Part shown: piece by piece, positions 24,621 to 35,030 of the stretch
Numbering within the stretch: position 1 is the first letter of the stretch
How the letters are laid out: every line of letters starts with the position of its first letter
Source: Planctomycetota bacterium
GTDB taxonomy: Bacteria; Planctomycetota; UBA11346
Direction: 5' to 3'
DNA length: 64,000 nt
Assembly: GCA_003136555.1 (NCBI GenBank)
Contig: PLEW01000138.1
Location: forward strand, 29,002-93,001
Notes under the pieces: generated by a model
What the model was told of the DNA's origin: nothing
The model's database searches: none
The model's input: the letters and a program-made list of their open reading frames with translations, nothing else
Translations under genes and position numbers: made by a program

Positions 24621-24923
24621 TCAGACCGGCTTCTTGGCGCCATCCACGACGTAGGCGCCGAACGCTTCCGCTATCTCGCGGACGCGGTATTCGTGCTCAT
24701 CGACCGCCTGGACGTAGATCCACAGGTAATAGCCATCCTTCGAGCGCTGGAGTTCCGCCTTCATCATGCACTCATCGTCGCTGTAGCGGAAGGTATAGGT
24801 CCCTGCCCGCTCGAACCCGAGATCGGTGAAAGTGTCGGAGAAGAACTCGATCTTCTCGGCGAAGTCCACCAATTCCTGGGGATCGAGCGAGATGCCGAAT
24901 TTGCGAACGGTGAGTGTGCCCAT
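24621..24923 (-). CDS. Hypothetical small protein (100 aa)
   Basis: Clean ORF with a protein-like sequence (..YTFRYSDDECMMKAELQRSKDGYYLWIYVQAVDEHEY..). Last gene of the SDR/kinase/LarA-like co-directional run. No family recognised. Confidence 0.6.
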   Translation of the reverse strand: MGTLTVRKFGISLDPQELVDFAEKIEFFSDTFTDLGFERAGTYTFRYSDDECMMKAELQRSKDGYYLWIYVQAVDEHEYRVREIAEAFGAYVVDGAKKPV

Positions 24924-24998
24924 GATGCCTAAGGATTACACGTAACGACGGCGACCAGCAATGATTCATGCCCGGTCCGCGAGTCAACAGAAAGCGTG

Positions 24999-26306
24999 CT
25001 ATGACTGGATTCGCGCCCGATGCGCCCACAGGCCGAGTGCGGGATTGGAAATATAGAAGATCCGCTCCCGCTTCCCCGATGGCATGGTCACCTCGTTCCA
25101 GCCATCGATCAGCCTGTCCGGCTGGTATTGCCGCATGGCATCATCCAGCTCGCGGTAGGCATAGCCGACCCCTTCGATTTCGGCTCGGCTCAGGCTTCCG
25201 GGACAGTAGGTGACGGTGAAGCGCCCTTCGCTCGAGCCATGGATGAGATGGGCTGCGGCCGAAAGATTGTCGGCCAGATCGCGCTGGTCTCGGACCAGGC
25301 CCATGATCTCGGGGGTGGTGCGATAGCCGTACTTGCGGATCAGGGCATCGATGCCGGGATCCTCGCCGAACCCCGACAGTCCAGGTGCCAGCACGATCAG
25401 TTCACCGCCATCGGCGATGGCCATGCGCGTCCGGTAGACCGATTTGTTGCCGAGCCAGGTGGTATGGAACTCCTCGGGGTCGAGTCGCACCACCATCGTG
25501 CGCGGCGCCTCGTCGAGGATCTTGAAATTGACCGCGACGGAGAGCCGCGCTGCGAGATCGAAGCACTCGACGCCCTCGCCGATGTACAGTCCCCGCGTCA
25601 CCAGCCCATGGCGGTCGGCCTGTTCGCCCGCACCTGCAGGGCCGACCACGGTGAGGACGAAGACGATCTTGAGATGCCCGCAGAAGCGCGTCAGGGCCTC
25701 GTTGAGCAACCGTCGTACGGGGGTGTCGCTGCGCCCCATCATGCGCTCCATGCCATAGCAGGCGCCGATGAAATGGCTTTCGTCGATGCCTTCCTTGCCG
25801 CCGCAGCCGACGAAGAGGTTCTTGGTGTGGTTGGCCATGCCCACCACTTCGTGCGGCACCACCTGCCCGATTGAGAGGATCAGGTCATGACCGCCCTGCC
25901 AGATCAGGCGATTCAGTTGGGCCGGCCACGGCTTGTCATAGATGCCCCCAGTCGCCTGCTTGACGTACGCCGCAGGCAGGGTGCCGACGGTGACCACGTC
26001 ATGTCGCCAATCGTGCACTCGGAACAGGTCGTGGGGGACGCCTGCGTACATCTTGTCGATCTGCCAGGCTGGCATCGGCACGTGCGTGCCCAGGGCCGGC
26101 AGGATGTCGCTCAGGGCGCCCTGGTAGTGCTCATAGGTCGCCTGGGTGATGATCCCGGCACGGCTGTTGAAGCGGGTGAAATCGGGAGGTACCGCAAGAA
26201 CCTTGCGCTTCGCTCCCAGGCGCGCGTACACCTCATGGAGGGCACGGCGCAGATCGTCGTCGCTGATCACCGTGGTAGGGGAGCCATGGGCGAAATAGGT
26301 GGTCAT
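24999..26306 (-). CDS. LarA-like (lactate racemase N-terminal domain / DUF2088) protein; putative nickel-pincer-dependent hydroxyacid or sugar-acid epimerase
   Basis: VLAVPPDFTRF (DxTR-type motif), GQVVPHEVVGMANHTKN (PH..G..K region) and about 430 aa length are consistent with the LarA superfamily. Start overlaps the kinase stop by 4 nt. Confidence 0.7.
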   Translation of the reverse strand: MTTYFAHGSPTTVISDDDLRRALHEVYARLGAKRKVLAVPPDFTRFNSRAGIITQATYEHYQGALSDILPALGTHVPMPAWQIDKMYAGVPHDLFRVHDWRHDVVTVGTLPAAYVKQATGGIYDKPWPAQLNRLIWQGGHDLILSIGQVVPHEVVGMANHTKNLFVGCGGKEGIDESHFIGACYGMERMMGRSDTPVRRLLNEALTRFCGHLKIVFVLTVVGPAGAGEQADRHGLVTRGLYIGEGVECFDLAARLSVAVNFKILDEAPRTMVVRLDPEEFHTTWLGNKSVYRTRMAIADGGELIVLAPGLSGFGEDPGIDALIRKYGYRTTPEIMGLVRDQRDLADNLSAAAHLIHGSSEGRFTVTYCPGSLSRAEIEGVGYAYRELDDAMRQYQPDRLIDGWNEVTMPSGKRERIFYISNPALGLWAHRARIQS

Positions 26307-27814
26307 GGGCGTTTCGTGCGTCGTAGGGGGCGGCGGAGCCTACGGCCTTCGCCGTCCGGGAAGAGGGTGCCCTCGAGCTGGGCGAGCTGCTGCCGTGCCT
26401 GCGCAAAGCGCTCGGCGCGACGGCGGTCCGGGCGCACCGTGCTGCCGGCCACCGAGCTCAGGCGGCCGTCGCAGCCGAGTTTCTCCAAGGCGAACACCGC
26501 CGCCCCGCGCAGCGAGGCCTCGGGCTCGTCGAGCACCGTGAGGGGCTGGCCGAGGACATCGGCGAGGCGCTGCAGGCTGGTTGGGGACTTCTGGATGCCG
26601 CCACCGACGATGAAGCGGGGCGAGCCGGCGCCGCTGTCCATGCGCTCGATGATGGTGGCGAGCCGATGGTAGGTCGCTTCGGTGATCGCCTGCAGCAGAT
26701 CGAGCGCAGTAGTCGACTGGCGTATGCCGACGATAGCGCCGCTGACATCCTCCCTCCATGTCGGTGCGCGCTCGGCATTCCAGAAGGGCAGTACCGCCAG
26801 GGCCTGATCGGGCCCGGCCTGCCGGGCCAGCGCATGCTCGATCTCCGCCTCGTCCGCGCCGAGGTTGAGCTCGCGCAGGCACCAGGCGCGAAGATTGCCG
26901 GCATTGGAGATGGCGCCGCCGATGAGGAAGCGCCGCTCATCGACGCGGTAGCAGAATAGGCCGAAAGGCGCCTGCGGCCGCGACGCGCGCGCGTCCGAAT
27001 GCATGACCCGGACAGCGGCGCTGGTGCCGAAGTTGAGGGCCGCCAGACCCGGCCGGGTGGCCCCGGAGCCGAGGTTCGATGCCGCCCCATCGCCGATGGC
27101 GGGGAACCAGTCGGCCTCGCCCACGGTGGCCAGGCGCTTGCGATGCCGAGGCAGCAGATGGAGCGCGGCATCCGCTATGGGCGACAGCTGCTCGATGCTT
27201 ATCCCTGAACTGCGCAGCATGCCTGGCTCCCAGGCGCAGGACGAGGGTGAATAGAGGCCAGTGCCGGTGGCCATGCCGTGCGCACAGCGGCGCTCGCCGC
27301 ACAGCATGAGGTAGATCCACTCGGCAGGCGTCATCCAGTGGCGCACCTGGCGCACCACCGGACGGCGGGTACGCGCCAGCCAGCGCAGCTTGGCCGGCCA
27401 GAACGACGAGCGCAGCATGCAGCCGGTACGACGATGGACGAGTCGCTCATCGAGCGTCCGGCGCAACCGCTCGGCATCGTCGCGGCAGCGGCTGTCAGCC
27501 CAGGTGATCACCGGCGTCAGTGGCGATCCGGCGGCATCGCAGCCGATCAGGCTATGCCAGAAGCATGAGGTCCCGACCGCAGCGATGGCGCGATCGCGCA
27601 GGCGCCGATCGACCGCCTGCGCAGCGAGGGTGCGCCCGATGCAACCGGTGACCGCCGCCAGGAGCGTGGGCGGATCGAGTTCGGCGCATCCCTGGTGATC
27701 GGTGTGCAGGGTGTAGGCCTGCTGGGCGGTGGTCGATGACTGGCGGACGCCCCGCTCATCGAACAGGGCGGTACGGCACGACGACGTTCCGATATCGAGG
27801 GCCAGGACCAGCAT
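26303..27814 (-). CDS. FGGY-family carbohydrate kinase (gluconokinase/xylulokinase-like)
   Basis: From ATG 27814: MLVLALDIGTSSCRTALFD; ..AIGDGAASNLGSG..; C-terminal RFIVGGGIQKSPTSLQRLADVLGQPL. The 158-codon N-terminal extension in the ORF track overlaps the SDR gene and is rejected. Confidence 0.88.
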   Translation of the reverse strand: MLVLALDIGTSSCRTALFDERGVRQSSTTAQQAYTLHTDHQGCAELDPPTLLAAVTGCIGRTLAAQAVDRRLRDRAIAAVGTSCFWHSLIGCDAAGSPLTPVITWADSRCRDDAERLRRTLDERLVHRRTGCMLRSSFWPAKLRWLARTRRPVVRQVRHWMTPAEWIYLMLCGERRCAHGMATGTGLYSPSSCAWEPGMLRSSGISIEQLSPIADAALHLLPRHRKRLATVGEADWFPAIGDGAASNLGSGATRPGLAALNFGTSAAVRVMHSDARASRPQAPFGLFCYRVDERRFLIGGAISNAGNLRAWCLRELNLGADEAEIEHALARQAGPDQALAVLPFWNAERAPTWREDVSGAIVGIRQSTTALDLLQAITEATYHRLATIIERMDSGAGSPRFIVGGGIQKSPTSLQRLADVLGQPLTVLDEPEASLRGAAVFALEKLGCDGRLSSVAGSTVRPDRRRAERFAQARQQLAQLEGTLFPDGEGRRLRRPLRRTKRP

Positions 27815-27825
27815 CGGTGCGGGCC

Positions 27826-28659
27826 TCAGATGGTCTGGCTCAGGAAGCCGCCATCCACGCGGATATCGCTCCCGGTGACGAAGCCGCTCGCATTGCGGCA
27901 GGCCAGGAACACCGCCGCGCCCACCAGCTCCTGGTCGCTGCCGAAGCGCGACATCGGGGTGTGCGAGAGGATCTGCTGCGCGCGCGGCGTCGGACTGCCG
28001 TCTTCGTTGAAGAGCAGGCGGCGGTTCTGCTCGGCCGGGAAGAACCCCGGGGTGATCGAATTCACCCGCACCCCGCTCTTCGCCCATTCTCGGGCGAGGA
28101 ACATGGTCAGGTTCAGCACGGCCGCCTTGGCCGATGAGTACGAGACCACGCGCGAGAGCGGGAGGTGTGCGCTCACCGAGGCGATATTGATGATCGATCC
28201 CACGCCATTGGCGACCATAGCCGGTCCAAAAACCTGGCACGGCAGCAGCGCTCCGCCGACGAGATTGAGCTGGTAGTTCGACTGCCAATCCTCGAGGGTG
28301 ATGGCCTCGAACTTCTTGTCGCCGACAACGGTGACCTTGGGGTCATTGCCGCCAGCGGCGTTCACCAGCACCGTCGGCGTGCCGAATGCCTTCAGCACCT
28401 CCTCGAGCACGGACTGGAGGTTCTCGCGCGACTGCGCATCGGCGGCGATGAAGACCGCCTTGCCACCCTCTTGGCGAATCTGGTGCGCGCGCTTCTCGCC
28501 GCGCTCGGTGCTGCGACCGACCACCACGACTTTTGCTCCAGCCATCGCCAGACCTTCGGCGAGCGACCCGCCCAGCACGCCCGTGCCGCCGATCACCACC
28601 GCGATATCCTCGGACAGGTCGAATAGTTTCACCAGGCTCTCCTTGTCTAGGGCTGCCAT
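27826..28659 (-). CDS. SDR-family oxidoreductase (mannonate/fructuronate reductase-like subgroup)
   Basis: VIGGTGVLG, NAAG, YSSAK catalytic motif, and the PGFFPAEQNRRLL segment I associate with UxuB-type SDRs. The subgroup assignment is tentative. Confidence 0.85.
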   Translation of the reverse strand: MAALDKESLVKLFDLSEDIAVVIGGTGVLGGSLAEGLAMAGAKVVVVGRSTERGEKRAHQIRQEGGKAVFIAADAQSRENLQSVLEEVLKAFGTPTVLVNAAGGNDPKVTVVGDKKFEAITLEDWQSNYQLNLVGGALLPCQVFGPAMVANGVGSIINIASVSAHLPLSRVVSYSSAKAAVLNLTMFLAREWAKSGVRVNSITPGFFPAEQNRRLLFNEDGSPTPRAQQILSHTPMSRFGSDQELVGAAVFLACRNASGFVTGSDIRVDGGFLSQTI

Positions 28660-28715
28660 CGTCAGAACCGACCTCGCGAGTCAATTGCTCCGGCCAGACC
28701 CCGGGTGACCGATCG

Positions 28716-29030
28716 TCAGGCCCCGGGATAGGTGGTCATGCCGAGCATGTTGCGGCTGCGCTCGGCAACCGTGAAACCGGACGCTTCGAGTTCCGTGCGC
28801 ATGCGTCGCCGCATCTCGCTTCCTCCGTCCAGCTGGCATTGTAGGATACGCGAGCTGCCACGGTGGTAGGCCAGCAGGGTGATGCGCTGGAGCTGCCGGT
28901 ACGTGACTGCGCTGTGATCAGGATCCTGCCCATATTCGTCCTGCCAGGCGATGACCACCGCTGTGATGCCAAGCGATCGAGCTGCCTGCGCGAACGCCCG
29001 CTGATCAGGGAATGTAGTGCCGTGCATCAT
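28716..29030 (-). CDS. Hypothetical protein (104 aa)
   Basis: ORF with reasonable GC3 and a non-repetitive sequence. Divergent from cobB. No family recognised. Confidence 0.5.
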   Translation of the reverse strand: MMHGTTFPDQRAFAQAARSLGITAVVIAWQDEYGQDPDHSAVTYRQLQRITLLAYHRGSSRILQCQLDGGSEMRRRMRTELEASGFTVAERSRNMLGMTTYPGA

Positions 29031-29078
29031 CGGTGATTGTGTTGAAATGACCAGATTTCTCCAGTAGGAAAGCCTGCA

Positions 29079-29867
29079 GTGAGCGAATCCAGATCAGCCC
29101 TTGCGACCATCGCGGATGCCGCACGGCTGCTGGCACCATGCCGCCGGCTGCTAGTGCTCTCGGGAGCCGGTCTGAGCGCCGATGCCGGAGTCCCTACCTT
29201 CCGCTGCGAAGGCGGTCTGTGGAACGAATACGATGTCGAGAAGCTGGCATCGCCGGAGGGTTTCGCCAAGAATCCCGAACTGGTGTGGGAGTGGTACCGC
29301 GAGCGCCGGTTGCGGGTCGCCGAGGCCAAGCCGCACAGCGGCCAACGCGCCCTCGCGCTGCTGCAGGAGCACTTCCCGGGCGGTACGGTGCTGATGGCGA
29401 CCACCAACGAGGATGATCTGCTCGAACGTTCCGGCATCTCCCAGGTCATCCATCTGCATGGCTCGCTGTTCGACACCGCGTGCTCCGGGCACTGCGGCTG
29501 GCGCAGCCGGGATGGCGATGACAATTCGCTGAGCATGGTCCCGTGCCCGCGCTGCGGTGCGCCGACCCGTCCCGGATCGGTGTGGTATGGCGAACCGCTG
29601 CCGGCAGGCATTCTGCAGGCGATCACCCATTTCGATCCCGATGGATGCCTGCTGGTCGGCTCTTCCTGCATCGTCCAGCCGGTCGCCTGCATCCCGAGCG
29701 AGATGGCGATGGCCAAGCTGGCAGTGGTCGAGGTCAATCGCGAGGAGACGCCGTTCTCCCCGATCGCCTCCTGCAGCCTGCGCGGCACCGCCAAGGAGCT
29801 GTTGCCCGGGCTGGTCGATCTGCTCACCTCGCGGACCGTGCGCGAGCAGCTCCATCGCGGTACCTGA
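29079..29867 (+). CDS. cobB: NAD-dependent protein deacylase (Sir2/CobB family)
   Basis: SGAGLSADAGVPTFR, catalytic HLHGS, Zn Cys pairs (CSGHC .. CPRC), VWYGEP. GTG start is preceded by AGGAAAG. The TQNID motif reads TTNED here. Confidence 0.88.
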   Translation: MSESRSALATIADAARLLAPCRRLLVLSGAGLSADAGVPTFRCEGGLWNEYDVEKLASPEGFAKNPELVWEWYRERRLRVAEAKPHSGQRALALLQEHFPGGTVLMATTNEDDLLERSGISQVIHLHGSLFDTACSGHCGWRSRDGDDNSLSMVPCPRCGAPTRPGSVWYGEPLPAGILQAITHFDPDGCLLVGSSCIVQPVACIPSEMAMAKLAVVEVNREETPFSPIASCSLRGTAKELLPGLVDLLTSRTVREQLHRGT

Positions 29868-29930
29868 TGCCAGGCCACGTGCAGGAACCAGGCAGCACAG
29901 CCCTGTCCGCTGGCAAGGAGGTGGGCTGAG

Positions 29931-31364
29931 ATGGAGACGGACCAGCTTCGGCAGCTGGTCGCCGGCGCGCTGACGCGGGCCCTGGACAGCGAAGGCGGGC
30001 TGCTGCTGCTGGCGGTCAGCGGCGGGGCCGACAGCATGGCGCTGTGGGACCTGCTCGCCGGCCTGCCGCAATGGAAGCTGGCAATCTACCACCTCGACCA
30101 TCAGCTGCGCGTCGATGCGCCGGAGGATTCCGAGCTCATCCGCAGGTATGCAGCCACCGCCGCCGACGCGGGGAGACCGGCGACACCCATCGTGTGCGAA
30201 CGCCATGCGATCACCGACTATGGACGGCGCTGGCGCTGCTCGATCGAGATGGCAGGTCGCCGGCTGCGCTACGAGCGCTTGCGTGAGGTGGCACACCGCC
30301 TCGAGGCCAGGGCGGTGCTGACCGCGCATCATCGTGACGACCAGGCCGAGTCCGTGCTGGGCAACCTGCTGCGCGGGGCTGGCCCGATGGGACGTGCCGG
30401 GATCGCGGCCAAGCGCCAGCTGTCACCCACGGTGGCGATCGTGCGTCCGCTCCTGGGGGTCGCGCGCGCCGAGCTGCGCGAACACTGCCGGAGGCATTCC
30501 GTCCCGTGGCGCGAGGACAGCACCAACCGCGATCTTGGCTATCGCAGGAACTTCCTGCGGCTGCGGGTGCTGCCAGCCTTCGAGGCGGGGGTGCCGGGAT
30601 TCACCAGCGCGCTGGTCGCCGTGAGCGAACGCGAGCAGGCCGCACTGGCGCTCAGCCAGCCGTTGGCTGAGCGTGCATGGCACGCAGGCCTGGGAGAGCG
30701 CGAACTGTCGCTCGCTGCCATCCCCTGCGATCCGGATCTTCGCTGGCAGGTCTGGGTGCGCTTGCTCGCCGTCCTGGGTAGCGCGCCGCAACGGCGGCAG
30801 CTCGCCGCCCTCGACCACCTCGCCGACGCTAAGATCGGCTTCCAGCTGACCATCGGCCGCTGGCTGGTTACCCGGCGCCGGCTGGTCATCGCCTGGCAGG
30901 AGCAGCATCCGCACGCGTCATCCGTCGCTCTCCAGCTCGCCGGGCCGGGATGGCACCGCCGTGGCGAGGACAGCATCGATTGCAGCATCACCACCGCCCC
31001 CTTGCGCCTCGATCTCGGTCCGCGGACGGCCCTCCTGGATGCGCGCGCCCTCACCTGGCCCCTGCACTGGCGGCAGGCGCACCGCCATGAACGCTGGCAG
31101 CCGCTCGGCTGCCCGGGGCATCAGACGGTGGTCAAGTACCTCGCCGCTCGCGGCGTCGCGAGCCGCTTGCGCTGCCTGACACCCGTGGTCGCCGACCAGC
31201 AGGGCATCCTCTGGATCCCCGGTCATGGGATCGCCGATCGTGCGCAGGTGCGTCCTGAGAGCGCCGCGGTGGTGCGCCTGGAGTGGCTGCCGGCTTGCCA
31301 GCAAGCGCAGGACGCTAGGGTGACGCACGCACCCGGCGAGGAGCAAGCCCATGGCCACAGCTGA
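29931..31364 (+). CDS. tilS: tRNA(Ile)-lysidine synthase
   Basis: PP-loop LLLLAVSGGADSMAL and AHHRDDQAES. Strong RBS AAGGAGGTGGG before ATG 29931. Confidence 0.9.
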   Translation: METDQLRQLVAGALTRALDSEGGLLLLAVSGGADSMALWDLLAGLPQWKLAIYHLDHQLRVDAPEDSELIRRYAATAADAGRPATPIVCERHAITDYGRRWRCSIEMAGRRLRYERLREVAHRLEARAVLTAHHRDDQAESVLGNLLRGAGPMGRAGIAAKRQLSPTVAIVRPLLGVARAELREHCRRHSVPWREDSTNRDLGYRRNFLRLRVLPAFEAGVPGFTSALVAVSEREQAALALSQPLAERAWHAGLGERELSLAAIPCDPDLRWQVWVRLLAVLGSAPQRRQLAALDHLADAKIGFQLTIGRWLVTRRRLVIAWQEQHPHASSVALQLAGPGWHRRGEDSIDCSITTAPLRLDLGPRTALLDARALTWPLHWRQAHRHERWQPLGCPGHQTVVKYLAARGVASRLRCLTPVVADQQGILWIPGHGIADRAQVRPESAAVVRLEWLPACQQAQDARVTHAPGEEQAHGHS

Positions 31365-32163
31365 TGCATCCAGGCATCCGCATTCGATATCCAGCCATGC
31401 CAAGGTCGCAGCGGTGATCCTGGCGGCCGGCAAGGGCACGCGCATGGAGTCTGATCTCGCCAAGGTGCTGCATCCCCTGGCCGGGCGGCCACTGATCGCG
31501 CACGTGCTGGAGACCTGCCGCGCACTGTCGCTGGCCTGCAGCGTGGTGGTGGTCGGCTACCAGCGGGAGCGGGTCGAGCAGGCGGCGGCATCGTGGGGGG
31601 CGCGTTTCGCCCTGCAGGATCGCCAGCTCGGCACCGGGCATGCGGTGCTGAGCGCCGAGTCGGCCATCCGGTCCGAGCCCGGAGTCGCAACCGTCCTGGT
31701 CCTCTGCGGCGACTGCCCGATGGTGCCGGTGAGCCTGCTGGAGCGCGTGCTCCAGAAGCATCAGTCCAGCGCGGCGGCCTGTACCGCCGTCGGTGCCAGG
31801 CTCCCCGATGCGGGCCGCTATGGCCGCATGATCACCGATGCCGCCGGACGCCTGGCCCGTATCGTCGAATACAAGGATGCCTCCGACAGCGAGCGCGCGG
31901 TCAGGCTGATCAACTCGGGCATCTATGCCTTCTCGGCCGACGAGCTCTTCCGCTCGCTCAAGCGCATCACGCCCAACAATGCCCAGGGCGAGTACTACCT
32001 CACCGACGTGGTGGCGATGCTGGTGGCGCAGGGGAAGCTGGTCGAGCTGGTCGAGACCGAGGACGCGGCGGCGGTCATGGGCATCAACACCCCCCAGGAA
32101 CTGGCGACGGCGGAGCGCATCATGGGCGTCGCTTCCGCCCATGGCGCCAGGCCTGGCGCCTAA
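31351..32163 (+). CDS. Sugar-1-phosphate nucleotidyltransferase, GlmU N-terminal-domain-like (no LbH acetyltransferase domain)
   Basis: AAVILAAGKGTRMESDLAKVLHPLAGRPL.., QLGTGHAV, NSGIYAF, GEYYLTDV match the GlmU pyrophosphorylase domain. The ORF ends after about 270 aa. Overlaps the tilS end by 14 nt. Confidence 0.85.
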   Translation: MATADASRHPHSISSHAKVAAVILAAGKGTRMESDLAKVLHPLAGRPLIAHVLETCRALSLACSVVVVGYQRERVEQAAASWGARFALQDRQLGTGHAVLSAESAIRSEPGVATVLVLCGDCPMVPVSLLERVLQKHQSSAAACTAVGARLPDAGRYGRMITDAAGRLARIVEYKDASDSERAVRLINSGIYAFSADELFRSLKRITPNNAQGEYYLTDVVAMLVAQGKLVELVETEDAAAVMGINTPQELATAERIMGVASAHGARPGA

Positions 32164-32208
32164 GCCCCCATCCTGTCAGGCGTTGTCTTTCGCGGGCGCG
32201 ACCTATAG

Positions 32209-33261
<1,053 letters not shown>

Positions 33262-33294
33262 GCAGGGCTTCACCGACCTGGGCAGGCTCCTCCA

Positions 33295-33320
33295 GGACCC
33301 GCGGCTCCGGCCGCGGGTCC
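33295..33320 (+). terminator. GC-rich hairpin terminator after ilvC
   Basis: GGACCCGCGGC-TCCG-GCCGCGGGTCC, a perfect 11-bp stem 34 nt after the stop. The U tract is weak (TGCCGTTGC). Confidence 0.55.
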
Positions 33321-33470
33321 TGCCGTTGCATGGGACAGGCGTCCGCCCGCACGCCTGGATGGTTGAGGCGTCGCGTCCCGTGCCCTAAGGTCGTCCATTC
33401 CTGGGATCTAGCGTGATGTCCTCGTAATTTGTCATATTGCGACCCAACCATAAAACCGCACGTTACTTAC

Positions 33471-35030
33471 AGGGCACTTTATAACACCTGGATATCCGAT
33501 TATGGGCACACTGTGACGGTCGCTATTCGTAGATCGCTCCGGGGGATGACGGTAGGAATAGGTGCATGGGACGTCTTATCGCACCACGACACGAATGGTA
33601 CTCGCCTCGACGCGACAGCTCACGGGAGATCGTCGCATACGGAGTGGATCGACGCCGTGACGGCCACTTCCCTCTGACAAGCCGATGGGTCTCTGCGCAT
33701 GGGATCCCAAGCGTCCGTTACCTGCATGTGGACGTTCAGGGTGCCTTGCCCCGCTTGATTTTGCATATGGGTCAGTACAAACCTGCATGCCGCTGCTCGC
33801 CCATGTCATTGCACTGCGGCCGACTCCTGCCCAGGTGACGCTCTTCCTCAAGGCCGCAGGCTGCGCCCGCCTGGCCTACCATTGGGGCCTGGCGCAGTGG
33901 AACCGCGAGTACCAGGCTGGCGGGAAGCCGAACTGGATGGCGCTGCAGAAGGCCTTCGTCGCCCGCATCGATGCCGACGTCCCCTTCATGCGCGAGGTCC
34001 CCTCGAGCGCCTACGCCCAGCCATTCCGCCATCTCCATCAGGCCTTCCAGCGCTTCTTTGCAGGGAATGCGCGCACACCCCGCTTCAAGGCGAAGCACCG
34101 CGATCAGCCCTCCTTCAAGGCGGGGAAGGTGCGGTGTGGCGACCAGCACATCATCCTCCCGGTCATCGGCGCCGTCCGCAGCACCGAAGCGCCGCGCTGG
34201 GCTGGCCGGGTGGTCTCCTCAACGGTCCGGGCGGACGCCGACCGCTGGATCATCACCATCCTCTGCGAGGTCGCCGAGGAGGAGGCGCAGCCGCCACCAT
34301 CTCCGCCGACCACCGCCGGGATCGGCATCGATCTCGGCCTGCGCACCTTCGCCAGCTGTTCCGATGGCCGCCAGTTCCAGGCGCCGCGGCCACTGCGGTG
34401 CCATGCCAAGCGGCAGCGGCGCCCCTCGCGACGGCTGTCGCGGCGGCAGGCGGGCAGCAGACGCCGCCAGAAGGCCCGCCGGCGCGTGGCCCGTCTGCAT
34501 CGGCGCATCCGCACTATCCGTAGCGCTTTCCTCCATCCGCTCGCGACCTCGCTCGCGCGCGATAGCCACGTGCTCGTGATCGAGGATCTGCATATCAGTG
34601 GCATGCTGGCGAATCATCACCTGGCCCGCGCGATCAGCGATGCGGGATGGTATGAATTCCGGCGTCAGTTGACCTACAAGTGTGCGCGGTACGGGCGCAC
34701 CCTGCTCGCTGCCCATACATTCTATCCAACGAGCAAGCTCTGCTGCCAGTGCGGGAATCACAACCCGGCATTGACGCTCGCGGATACGGTCTATGAATGC
34801 ACCGTCTGCGGGAATCGCATGGACCGGGATATCAATGCGGCAAGGAATCTCAGTCCCCTCGCTCGGAGGGGAATCGACGCACGTGGAGAGCGCACGGCTC
34901 TGGCATCGGCAGGTTGTCTACCGGTCCTACCAGCTCGTCGAAGCGTGAATCCGGGCGCTCGGACACGAGTGACAAATGATCTGGCCGAATTATCGGTCGG
35001 ATCCCGGGACTGAGAGTAGGGTGGGCGGCG
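33471..35030 (+). mobile_element. IS200/IS605-family element carrying only tnpB (IS1341-like); boundaries approximate
   Basis: tnpB CDS plus an upstream low-GC stretch that starts after a TTACTTAC sequence (33463-33470). Downstream limit is set by the next gene's ATG at 35031. No tnpA and no terminal inverted repeats, as expected for this family. Ends are not demonstrated. Confidence 0.4.
33787..35013 (+). CDS. tnpB: TnpB (OrfB) RNA-guided endonuclease, RuvC-like with zinc ribbon
   Basis: From ATG 33787 (408 aa): RuvC-I GIGIDLGLRTFA (D182), basic arm RRLSRRQAGSRRRQKARRRVARLHRRIRTIR, RuvC-II VLVIEDLHISGM (E266), Zn ribbon CCQCG..CTVCG, RuvC-III DRDINAARN (D347). Confidence 0.9.
   Translation: MPLLAHVIALRPTPAQVTLFLKAAGCARLAYHWGLAQWNREYQAGGKPNWMALQKAFVARIDADVPFMREVPSSAYAQPFRHLHQAFQRFFAGNARTPRFKAKHRDQPSFKAGKVRCGDQHIILPVIGAVRSTEAPRWAGRVVSSTVRADADRWIITILCEVAEEEAQPPPSPPTTAGIGIDLGLRTFASCSDGRQFQAPRPLRCHAKRQRRPSRRLSRRQAGSRRRQKARRRVARLHRRIRTIRSAFLHPLATSLARDSHVLVIEDLHISGMLANHHLARAISDAGWYEFRRQLTYKCARYGRTLLAAHTFYPTSKLCCQCGNHNPALTLADTVYECTVCGNRMDRDINAARNLSPLARRGIDARGERTALASAGCLPVLPARRSVNPGARTRVTNDLAELSVGSRD

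Noticed and set aside
27815-28288. N-terminal 158-codon extension of the FGGY kinase ORF
   Set aside because: It overlaps the SDR gene in another frame. The kinase N-terminal motif MLVLALDIGTSS begins at ATG 27814, 12 nt after the SDR stop.
33429-33677. 82-aa ORF upstream of tnpB, considered as a possible TnpA remnant
   Set aside because: No HUH motif or catalytic Tyr context of IS200-type Y1 transposases in this or any other frame of 33400-33786. The composition looks non-coding.
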